Assembly (NCBI GenBank): GCA_010093705.1
Contig: MU006108.1
Location: forward strand, 248,099 to 312,098
DNA: 64,000 bases
DNA from: Patellaria atrata CBS 101060
Lineage: Eukaryota
Reading direction: 5' to 3'
Shown one piece after another: positions 1 to 10,008 of this stretch (positions are counted from its first letter, which is position 1; the number at the start of each line of letters is the position of its first letter). The notes under the pieces were generated by a model. It was not told the origin of the DNA. It saw nothing but the letters and a program-made list of their open reading frames with translations, and made no database searches. Both the position numbers and the translations under genes were made by a program.

Positions 1-1
1 T

Positions 2-862
2 TCCACCAATGACATGCCGGAAGACGACAGTTGGCGCCCCGAATCGCAGCGGCATGGGGGACCTGTGCATACACCTTACGGTACTGCTAAACGTGGACGT
101 CCTGGCAGTGGTGGTGGTAGAGGCCGTCCGCGAAAGAGTGATCCGGCCCTAGAGCTCGGAACGCCAGAGTGGGAAAAGCCGGACTGGACAGGCTCACAAA
201 TAGGTCCCGACGGATATTATCAGTATCAAACGACACCGGGAGGTACGAAACGCGGAGCTATCATCCGTCGTGGTTCAGGTGGTGGTGGAAATGCGTCAGC
301 GCGTGCGCACGATCCCAGTCGCCCCACTCCCATGCCAATGGATCCATACGCCCATACAAAGAAGACACGTACCAAACCGACGAGAAATGCAGATGGAGTT
401 CTGATCCGTAAAGACGGACGTCCAGATATGCGGTCCCAAAGCAGCGCCGCAAACCTACGCAAGGTCCATGCGCGTAAGGAGCAGGAGAAGACGAGCGACC
501 GACAGCATACTCCAGCATCCGGATTAGCGACTGCGCCTGTCCTTTCGGGATCTGGGAGTCCAGACGAAGACGATGAACATTTACACGACCGTCATCATGC
601 AGTGATGAATAAGATGTTTCCTCGCGGAATGGAGGAACAAAAAGCAAGAATGAGCTACAGGGAACAATTCTATCCAGCGAGCTCGCCTATAGAAACAAAA
701 TTACATATGCAAAACGAAAAGTTGATAGAGGAGGCACAGCACACGGCTAAAGAAACGGTAGCTGGAGCGGAGGGGAATGGCATCGGTAGAGACGACAGGA
801 TGGAAATAACTCAGACGACGGACAGAGAATACCAGCCATCCGCTTCGGAAACACCGGCGTGA
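2..862 (+). CDS. 3' part of an AT-hook-containing hypothetical nuclear protein (5' end lies before the window)
   Basis: The frame is open from base 2 to TGA at 860-862. It contains AT-hook cores KRGRP and GRGRPRK and a non-low-complexity block RNADGVLIRKDGRPDMRSQSSAANLRKVHARK. Confidence 0.75.
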   Translation, partial: STNDMPEDDSWRPESQRHGGPVHTPYGTAKRGRPGSGGGRGRPRKSDPALELGTPEWEKPDWTGSQIGPDGYYQYQTTPGGTKRGAIIRRGSGGGGNASARAHDPSRPTPMPMDPYAHTKKTRTKPTRNADGVLIRKDGRPDMRSQSSAANLRKVHARKEQEKTSDRQHTPASGLATAPVLSGSGSPDEDDEHLHDRHHAVMNKMFPRGMEEQKARMSYREQFYPASSPIETKLHMQNEKLIEEAQHTAKETVAGAEGNGIGRDDRMEITQTTDREYQPSASETPA

Positions 863-1065
863 CGAAGACTCTTGAAAGATTTCTTATAGACTAGCTTTGG
901 GGCGGTATTTGTGCTTTTCTTCGGTTCTGAAATGATACCTTATCTTGAACGCATGTATATCTTTTAATCAAACGGGAATATATCGCTGCATGAGCGATGC
1001 AGCGAGACGTAGTTAGTTATAGCGAGAGAGAATCGGGGGCCATAGTATATAATGGAAACAGAGCG

Positions 1066-1165
1066 NNNNNNNNNNNNNNNNNNNNNNNNNNNNNNNNNNN
1101 NNNNNNNNNNNNNNNNNNNNNNNNNNNNNNNNNNNNNNNNNNNNNNNNNNNNNNNNNNNNNNNNN
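1066..1165. other. assembly gap (100 N)
   Basis: Run of N. Confidence 1.
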
Positions 1166-1431
1166 AAATAGAGTAAAAAAGTTGTGGGTGTGGTGGAGGT
1201 GAAGGTGAAGTGAATTATGAGACTTTTATCGTCGGAGCTTAGAAAAGCTCGCGACGAAATCGGCGCTCGCCCTGACGTCCTTGATCGGCCTTCTACACCT
1301 TAACACCGGGCGAACAGAACGTTTTACAACACGAACCACCCGGATCTTCTTTTCCCTATTTCTCCTACTTGCTTTACAAAGAACAAATAAAACTAGACAA
1401 TTTGTCCAACTGACTGTATCAGCACATTAAC

Positions 1432-2256
1432 ATGCCTCCAACCACCCCAGTAACAGGCTTGCTTAAGTCCATTGTAGTGGCAGATATTTCCCCAGCTTTC
1501 CGTCACGGAGCACCATGGCGATCGCAAAGAATATGCTTCGCGGATAGCACGGGTACCAGGCGTACATCCCAGTTTCAATGCGCTTCAAAGTCTTACAATA
1601 GGCGGAGCTTCGCCACTTCCTTACGACCAAGACAAGAGTCCGCGGAATCAAAAAGCAAGGAGAGCGCAAAAGATCATAGAGCAAAGGGTACACATAATCC
1701 CTCGACGCATCGAGCAGAAGAGCACACTCACTACACATTCTTCCCCAAATCGATACCCAAAGGAGCGCCACCGGGTGGCCCGTTTGCAATCGATCTCAAC
1801 GCACTCAAAAGGGAATTCCTACAGTTACAGGCCCAGGCGCATCCAGACATGCATGGCCATATAAACAAAAAGAAAGCAGAAGCACTATCCGCGCGGATAA
1901 ATGAAGCATACAAGACACTACAAGATCCATTGAAGAGAGCGCAATACCTACTTTCTCTCCGCGGTATCGATGTAGCGGAGGACGAGAGGTTAAAAGTGGA
2001 GGACCCGGAATTGCTGATGACGGTTCTGGAGACTAGAGAGGAGATTGAGGCGGCGCAGACGGAGGATGAAATTGACGCTATGAGGGAAATCAACGAGCAA
2101 AGGGTGGAGGAGAGTGTGGGGATATTGACGAACGCGTTTGAGGAGGGGGATATTGAGGGTGCGAAGAATGAGGCCGTCAAGTTGAGGTATTGGATTAATA
2201 TCAGGGAGAGTCTTCATGCATGGGAGAAGGGAAAACCTGTTGTACTGATACATTAG
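1432..2256 (+). CDS. JAC1: Mitochondrial J-type co-chaperone HscB/Jac1 (Fe-S cluster assembly)
   Basis: Single-exon 274 aa. R/S-rich presequence, J-domain with LQAQAHPD, SARINEAYKTLQDPLKRAQYLL, and HscB C-terminal domain (DPELLMTVLETRE...KLRYWINI). Confidence 0.95.
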   Translation: MPPTTPVTGLLKSIVVADISPAFRHGAPWRSQRICFADSTGTRRTSQFQCASKSYNRRSFATSLRPRQESAESKSKESAKDHRAKGTHNPSTHRAEEHTHYTFFPKSIPKGAPPGGPFAIDLNALKREFLQLQAQAHPDMHGHINKKKAEALSARINEAYKTLQDPLKRAQYLLSLRGIDVAEDERLKVEDPELLMTVLETREEIEAAQTEDEIDAMREINEQRVEESVGILTNAFEEGDIEGAKNEAVKLRYWINIRESLHAWEKGKPVVLIH

Positions 2257-2498
2257 ACCTAATCGTCCGAATATGTAGGATACCGTACAATAGTCACTCA
2301 TGAGCATATGACATATACTGTACAGTACAGTACAGTGATTTCATGATGGCTTGGCATCTGCCGTCAAGCTCCAACTTCCGCATCGGCGGGACATGGAAGC
2401 TGCCATCTGTCAAGAAATCAACAATACAATTTCTCCCCAAGCACAAACCCTCAACCCAATTTGACTTCTTCAACAACTTTCTAACGAATAATGCGATC

Positions 2499-4345
2499 AT
2501 GAAGAACTTCTGGGCTTTACCCACCTTCCTCCGCCTCGCACTTGCGAGCGCGCATTCTTTCAGCGTCACTGACGACCTATTAGCTTTCCCACAGGTTCGC
2601 AAGCTTCAGTGATCATACTATTCCGAGTACATACGACTAATCAGGGTGCAACAGTATGAAGTAATCTATTCAGACGCTTATGTATCAGAAGAACACGCCG
2701 CGGAAATCCTATCATCGCAAGACCACCTCGCCAATGGTGAGCCACAACAATCACCCATATCCGCCTCTATATCCCATTCCAACCCTCACGGTTCCGGCCG
2801 TCAAAGCGCCTCTCACGATGGAGACGAAATCGAGCATTCCTACCAGATGATGATCCGGGACTCCCAACGCTTCCTCTGCGATGTCCCGCACCCTCCTCCA
2901 CCACCGCCCTTCAACCAATCCAACACCCAGCCCACCGACACAGAGAAGGAGGAGGAAGCTAAAGAACTCATGCGCGCTACGGAACGCGGATGGGAATTGC
3001 TGCAGGATATGCAGGGCCAGTGTATCTACTTCCTGTCCGGGTGGTGGAGCTACAGCTTCTGCTACAACGAGGGTGTGAAGCAATTTCATAGCTTGCCGCC
3101 GAGTAAGAACGTCCCGGTTTACCCACCCGTGGAGGATCCGCAGGTGCAGAGTTATGTGTTGGGTCTGTTTCCGGAGGCGAGGGCGGCGAAGGAGAAGGCT
3201 CAGAAGGAGGTCGATGATGATGTTAGCAGGTCCGGGGAGCAAGAGACAGGATATGGGGGAAAAGTGAAAGGGACCGATGTAGCGAGATTGGAAACGAAGG
3301 GGGAGAGTAGGTATCTAGTACAAAGATTAGGTGGAGGCACGTTGTGCGATTTGACGAACAAGGAGAGGAGGATTGAAGTCCAAGTAAGCTCCCTCAACCC
3401 AAACCACACCTCCCTCTCCCGTTTTGACCGTTAACGACATTTACTTAGTTCCACTGCTACCCCCAATCCAACGACCACATCGGCCTCATCAAAGAAGTCT
3501 CAACCTGCACCTACCTCATGGTAATAAACACACCCCGCCTCTGCAACGATGTAGCCTTCTTCCCGCCGCAAAAGCACAAACCCCACCCTATCTCCTGCCG
3601 CGCCGTCCTCGCGCCCGCCGACATCCCGACCTGGACCGCAGAACACGCGCCCCACCTCCTCGATGCTCAGGCAATGGAAGACCTCATCCGCAACGTCGCC
3701 GCCAACGTCAAAGTCAAAATCGATCTCCCGCGCCCTCTTAACGCCCAGGCAGAGAAAGACCCACACCCCCTCATCGGCGACATCGCCCTCGGCGCCCGCC
3801 TCTTCGTGCCCCCCTCCAAGACGCTGACGCCCTCCGTCGTCGGCGGCGGGCCTAATGCGGCGCTCCGCGATACCCGCGCCCGGGAGACTTTACTGGGTAT
3901 CATCGAGTCCTCGGACCCAGAGCGGAAGACGCTGACGGAGAAGGATTTGAAGAGGCTGGACGTCGTGAAGCCGAAGGAGCTCGAGAGGTTGAGGAGGGAG
4001 TTGGTGGAGTTGGCGGGCGAGAGGGCGTGGAGGCTTGAGCTTGTGGATACGGAGGATGGGAGGGAGTTTAGGGGGATTGTCGGGAAGGAGGGGGAGGAGG
4101 ATCCGGTGGATGGGGATGGGGGTAGGGGTGGGAAGGGTGAGGGTAAGGGTGAGGGGAGGGTTAGAAAATGGGGGGACGGGAAGAAGAAAGGGAAGACGAG
4201 GGTCGAGAGGGAGGAGGGGTGGAGGAGGGAGGTTGAGGAGAGGAGGGGACGGGTGAGGGATGAGGAGGGCGAGGAGTATGGGGATGATGAGGAGGGTGCG
4301 GGTGGGAGCGGGAGTGAGGAGACTTATGAGAGGGATGAGTTGTAG
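2499..4345 (+). CDS. YOS9: ER lectin Yos9/OS-9 (MRH/PRKCSH domain, ERAD); exons 2499-2594, 2655-3383, 3449-4345
   Basis: Signal peptide MKNFWALPTFLRLALA, then FSVTDDLLAFPQ|YEV. MRH motifs CIYFLSGWWSYSFCY, GGTLCDLT...IEVQ|FHC and EVSTCTYLMVINTPRLC. C-terminal ER-retention signal RDEL. Both GT-AG introns restore the frame. Confidence 0.93.
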
Positions 4346-4789
4346 AGGGGTGTTTAGGATGAGGAAGTAGAATATTGGGCGGTGGGGAAGGTACAGTAAA
4401 TAGGAGTCATACAATTGTATAAATCTGGCAATAATCATTCATCGCTTCTTTATGCTCTAGGCCCGTGAGGGAGTCCTGCACTGCCCAACCTAGTACCCAA
4501 TACCCAATACCCAAACAAACAAACCCAACCCAATCAACCCGTAGCCTCTGTCTCCCCCTTTATCGGAGGAGAACAGCGACGTTCATACAGCAGAACAAGC
4601 TAAGGTAGACGTCAAAATAGACATTCCCCCCTCTCCCCGGGCCTTCGTAAGCCAAATAGATCAACCAGAACCAGAGTAAAAAGAACGAGAACAAGCGCGA
4701 GCGCGAGCGCAAAATTCAAAGCGTGGCTTCACTTCCGATGCGTCCCTTCTGCTTTGGGGGATGGACTTCAGAGAATCGTTTACGCGTCT

Positions 4790-4893
4790 TCTACTCTACT
4801 CCACTCCACTCCACTCTACTCTACTCCACTCTACTCTACTCTACTCTACTCCACTCCACTCTACCGTACCGTACCGTACCGTACCGTACTGTA
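4790..4893. repeat. compound pentanucleotide microsatellite (CTCTA/CTCCA)n followed by (CCGTA)n
   Basis: About 20 tandem 5-nt units, directly visible between the convergent YOS9 and sulfate permease 3' ends. Confidence 0.95.
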
Positions 4894-5193
4894 TTGTTGA
4901 GCCATGGTACTTTGACGGCTTAACCGGGGAGAGGCTGGAAGTGCTTGCTTCCTAGGACGTTCGGGGCGGGATGGGTACTGGGTTGTTGGTATTAAAGGGC
5001 ATACGGGACGGTGAGTGAGTATGTTCACGAGCTCGATGGATGCTCGAGTTTAGTCACAAAGGGCTATTTTCACGAGGTAAGATCATCTAGATATATATAC
5101 GACTTCATACGGGTATCATTCCCTCCTTCGACAACACCAACCTACCCACCACAAACCCGACATCTCCTTCCATCCTCCCTTCCACCTCCACCA

Positions 5194-7831
5194 TCACTTC
5201 TTCCTCGCAACTCTCTCCTCCGTATTCGTAATGGCGCTCTGCAACGCACTCGTCAGATCGATATGAAAAAGCGGTCTATTAATCCCCTGCACGACCGCGA
5301 TCTTATCCGTCCTATGCCTCGACAGCGTCTTATCCAAATCCCGCACCTCATCCACCACTCCATCCTCCACATCCCCCACCACGCGTCCTCCCTTCCTCTG
5401 TCTCCTCTCGCTCTCCGCCGCCGCACTCGTACTCCCCCCAATAGCCGCAACGCTGAAAATCGGCTTCCAGCGCTGCGGCGCCTCGCCCGGGTCGAGGGGT
5501 GGGGTGGGGTATCCGAAACCGGCGTTGACGAGCGCGCGCTTGGTCCAGCGGTTGTTGATGTTTGCGAAATGCCAGTCGACCGGGTCCGGGGCGGCGTGGC
5601 GGTCGAGCTGGTTGCGGATGTCGATGAGGTGCTGGATGGAGGTGACGTCTGTGTTATTGACGGAGGAGAAGTCGAGGATGATGGCTTTAAGGGTTGGACG
5701 GTGGTCGTCTGGGGCGACTTCTTTGCCGCGGCGGGGGCCGGGGTCGTTCCAGGGACGATCCTGTGGGGAGGGTTAGTTGGGTGTTTATTGTGTTGGTTGA
5801 AGGGAGGGGAGACATACGCCTGGTCTGCCGTAGCTGCGGGGGTTGGTTCGACGAGTCTCTTTTAGCACGGTGTCGACTAGGTAGTCGAGGTAATGGTTGG
5901 CGTTGGGGTAGTTATATCCTTCCGAGAATCTGTAGATGAAGATGCCAGGGTATGGTGCCTTGACGTGGATCTCTGGGTTGGAGCCATCGGTATGGTCTAT
6001 CGGTAAGAAAATATTACGAAGGGTAGTATCCGGATCCGAATCTTTGGGGATCTGGTTGCTGTTCGGCGTCTTGGTTTTAGGCTCGTCTCCTTCAATAAGA
6101 TGATCTCCTATGACAGAGTGAACTTGAACCTTGCCGAGGAATCTACCTCGCGCCTTGAAGGCCCTCCATAGGAAGAGGGCGGCGGAAGCTGCGACTGTAG
6201 TGTAGATACCGTTCTCGATCGTCGTGAAAATTGTAACAAAGACGCCAGCAAAGAAGATCACAGCTTCAAGCGGAGAGACCTTCCAGAACTGATACACTGT
6301 GTTTGGCGGCGTGATCAAGTCTCCAACAGCGTGAATGATGACAGCTGCTAAAGAAGAGTTTGGAATATAGTAGAAAACAGCTGTTAGTGCATAGATTGCA
6401 AGCAAAACGACGATTGCGGTGATGACACCGGCAAATGGAGTCCTAACACCAGCCTTCGATTTGATAGCTGTACGAGAGAAAGATCCAGTTGCGGGATATG
6501 CTCCTAAGAATGGGCCAAGGAGATTAGTTACACCAATGGCAATCAGCTCCTGAGAAGGATTGATGGTGTAGTTATTGATGCGGCCGAATGATTTCGAAAT
6601 GGATATGTGCTCGATTAAAAGCACAATCACTGTGACTGGAATTTCGCCAGCAAATGCGCTAACCATATCACTCTTAATCTTAGGAACAGCGGCATGTTGG
6701 AAACCTGAAAAGGTGAGGTCAGTTTGATATTCCCCGTTATTGGGATTCGTTACTAACCTCTTGGTACTTTCAATAGAATTCTGAACGCAGGGTCATCTCT
6801 TCGATTTCTGTTAACAAGCCAGCTAATCATCGTATAAAGAAGGATGACGAAAGCCGTTCTAAGCGTAGACAGAAAGAAGTATGTCTTTCTACGTTCTGGA
6901 TACCGATTACCTAACGTCGTGCAAGTAATACGAATGATGTACAGTAGCGTAAGCGCTGAAAGTCCCATAGCGGCATCTAACTTTGTCTTTCCGAGGTTTT
7001 GCAACGTATGTATTATGACCAAGTAGGTTGGATCGCGTGTTGAGAAGCCCGTGATTCCCATCATGGCGGGAACTTGACCTGCAGCAATACTAATGGCAGA
7101 ACCAGTCATAAACGCAGTAATCGCTGGGAGTGTGATGAATTCCACTAGCCATCCTAATCGTGCTAGACCCAAGAAGCATACGATGCCTCCTGTGACTATA
7201 GCTAAGGCGGATGCAATTTCATAAGATTCGTACTGAGGAATCTTATCCGCTGCGTCGAGAACGACATTACCGACAAGAGTAGAGAGCACTGCGACTGGCT
7301 AGAGAGAATTTAGACATTGAGCTTTGATGCGCAGGATGAATCAACTTACACCTATGGTGATATCTTTTGAGGTAGCAAAGAACCAGTAGATCAAAACCCC
7401 CATGAAGGACGAGTAAAGTCCGAATTCAACCGGAACCTGAGCCAGTTTTGCATATGCCATACTCTGGGGGACGACGACGGCTCCAACAGTGATGCCTGTA
7501 TATGGAATCAGCCATATTTAGCCTGGTATAAGGGTTTTTAAAACGCACCAGCCACGAGGTCTCCGATGAGCCATTGCACATTATACCTGCCTATCCAATG
7601 GACAAATGGGAAAAGATTATAGAGATATGTGAGGACATCTCTCCTGGATGGAGCGATGCTGGCGAGCCATTCTGCTGCAGTCGGTTCCTCCTCGACGTAT
7701 GTATCAGCACTGCTGACCGAGAACACGGATTCGCCTCGAGAAAGACTAGTTGCAGTCTCGTCCCAATAATGAAGCTTGATTCCCAAAACCCTGGCGAGGC
7801 CGTGCCCAGTCTTAGTAGTTGTGCTTGCCAT
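5194..7831 (-). CDS. SUL1: SulP/SLC26 sulfate permease with STAS domain; exons 7831-7549, 7495-7350, 7298-6758, 6704-5818, 5760-5194
   Basis: The spliced product has GDLVAG|ITVGAVVVPQSMAYAKLA...FGLYSSF, SKDITIG|PVAV, SQELIAIG, TGSFSRTAIKSKAGVRTP and the STAS motif AIILDFSSVNNTDVTS. Four canonical introns keep the frame. Confidence 0.95.
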
Positions 7832-10008
7832 ACCTTACTAAGACCAAGTAAAATGATTGAGTGCCAATATCAGCAAAGAAACACCAAGGCCTGTCAGACA
7901 AAATCCAAGAGCCAGGTCACAACATGAGATCTTTGTCCGAATTGGAAAGGGACCAGTGCTCTTCAAGTAGGGCAATATAAGCTGCGGCTGAGATGTGCGT
8001 GACGAGAATCAAATTTGTCGTCTACTACGAGATATTCGGTCCTGAAAAGGAATATTATCAAGTACCTTTGCTTATTCTCGATATATTGTAAAGGCTAAGG
8101 TAGACCACCTGTGAGACCCAAGTGAATTGTTCGAAGGTTGATCGTCCGTGCGAAGATATGCTATGACAACCGAAGTAAAAGGATCTATCTTAAAATTTCG
8201 GTGACGAATGGAAAACCCTGAAAGGCTACTCTGTGAGATCCTGAATCGTGATGATGCTGTATGCGCAATAAGGACGAGTCTTGAGGGTCCAAACGAGGTC
8301 GTCGCACGAAGGGGGTATAGGATTGCGTGATGGTACTTATACAAGCCACAGGATAAACAAGGCTCCTTGTTTACTCCACAACCATTCTTTGGGCTGAACT
8401 TGGAAGAGGGATGATCAAATAAGGTTGTGAGATATGCGAGCAAACAAGAGCGTATGATGTTGAACTTTTAGGTCAATATGCTGTGAGACGGGTGGCGTAC
8501 AACCTTGCGAAAGAGACAGGCATTTTAGAAGAGATAAAAGTGTTCCCTTGGTCAAAGGTCATGGCTTGAGCCATGTGTATATTCTCTTATAGGATTAGTA
8601 ACTGAAGTTGTGGGTTCTGACGACTCCGGCAGATTCTTTGTACCGCAAATATGGTATGGGATGCTTGGCTGAGCACGACATGATGACCATTCTGCAATCA
8701 TCACTGATGGAGTGGAGCAGTTTGACCGAGCAAAAGAACTCGTTTATGAAATGTGTTTGTCAGCGTGGGAGAGTCAAATTCGGGGAAGTATTTTGATGTG
8801 CAGAAGGAGAGACTACATGGGTGAATTCTTCTACACTGACGTTACCTTCATACCGGAGTAGTAACCTTAGGACCAATCGGAGAGGCTTATTCTGACGTGC
8901 TTTGTCCTAAGGTTGACACCTTCCCTGGATTTCACTATCAAACTCTTGCCGGAGGGCTCAGGACTCTTGTAGCGTCTAAACAAGCGTCTTCACCCTCCGC
9001 TCATGCGTGCAACTCGTCTCCATCAAGTTTAGTTGTCCCGTAAAGGTAATCACAGAGCGTTGGAAATCGGCACGGTTAGAAGTCGGTTAAAGTGCCTCTT
9101 TTCCGAAGTAGGCTTGTTGAGACTGCTAGGTGGATACCCGCCATTCACTACATTATTAGTCTGTACTAAATGTGATAAAATGACCTATTTGTTGATGGTA
9201 TATAACCCACGCTCTTCTGTTATAGTAGAAGATCTTTTGAGGGAACCGGTCGATGGTCTAAAGATGACACCCGATTGCTGCAGATTCGCCAAGAACCACG
9301 TGTTTGCTATATTACATTCCCTGATCCAGTATAACACAGGAGAATTTAGTAATGTAAAGATAGTCAGTAATATAGTCTATCACTTGACATATTTCTAGAA
9401 AGGATAGTATCGGTCCGATCTGTGAGAAGCATAATTGCAAAAAGCCTTTTCTTTTTGATCGCGCGGTGCAGTCCTGATGAAAGACATACGTTCACCCAGA
9501 CTGCTATCACTGTATCTGCAGCTGGGTCTATAACCTATAAAATACTGGGATTTGTACTGAGGAAGATGATGCAAGGAAGTTACCTTCATCACAAGAAGAG
9601 ATTTTGACCTTGATCTGTCTTTGTTCATGTGCTTGGCGACAAGAAATTGTAGAAAGAAAGTGACTCGAAATATCCAATTCCTTTTAGTCTCATATCATTG
9701 ACCTATTACTAGATCGAGAAATAGGAGTTATAGGTCGCTCTCATTCTCGAGGTAATATCCTCCAGGAATAAATATAATTTCAGCAAAGTATAGGTAGACC
9801 ACACTCAAAAATGGGTAAAGAGCCGATGGGGAAATAAGAATGAATCCATTGCTGTGAGCATTATCTACCAAGTAGCTATCCGAAAGACCGTAACCTTAGA
9901 CTCTGTTGGGGTATAAGAATGATCGTGAGTACGCCAGGGAATCCCTTGAGAAGGAGAGTACAAAACCTCCAGATATGCCAATCTCCCCAACGCCTAGTGA
10001 TAAATACA

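Noticed and set aside
5011..5865. 284-aa plus-strand ORF and similar long antisense ORFs (3890-4438, 36295-36957, 51262-51885)
   Set aside because: They are shadows of real genes on the opposite strand, caused by GC-rich biased codon use.
8321..8331. GATTGCGTGAT as a CYS-3/MetR site upstream of the sulfate permease
   Set aside because: Two mismatches to ATGRYRYCAT, and the same core also occurs in a PLC intron near 26305.
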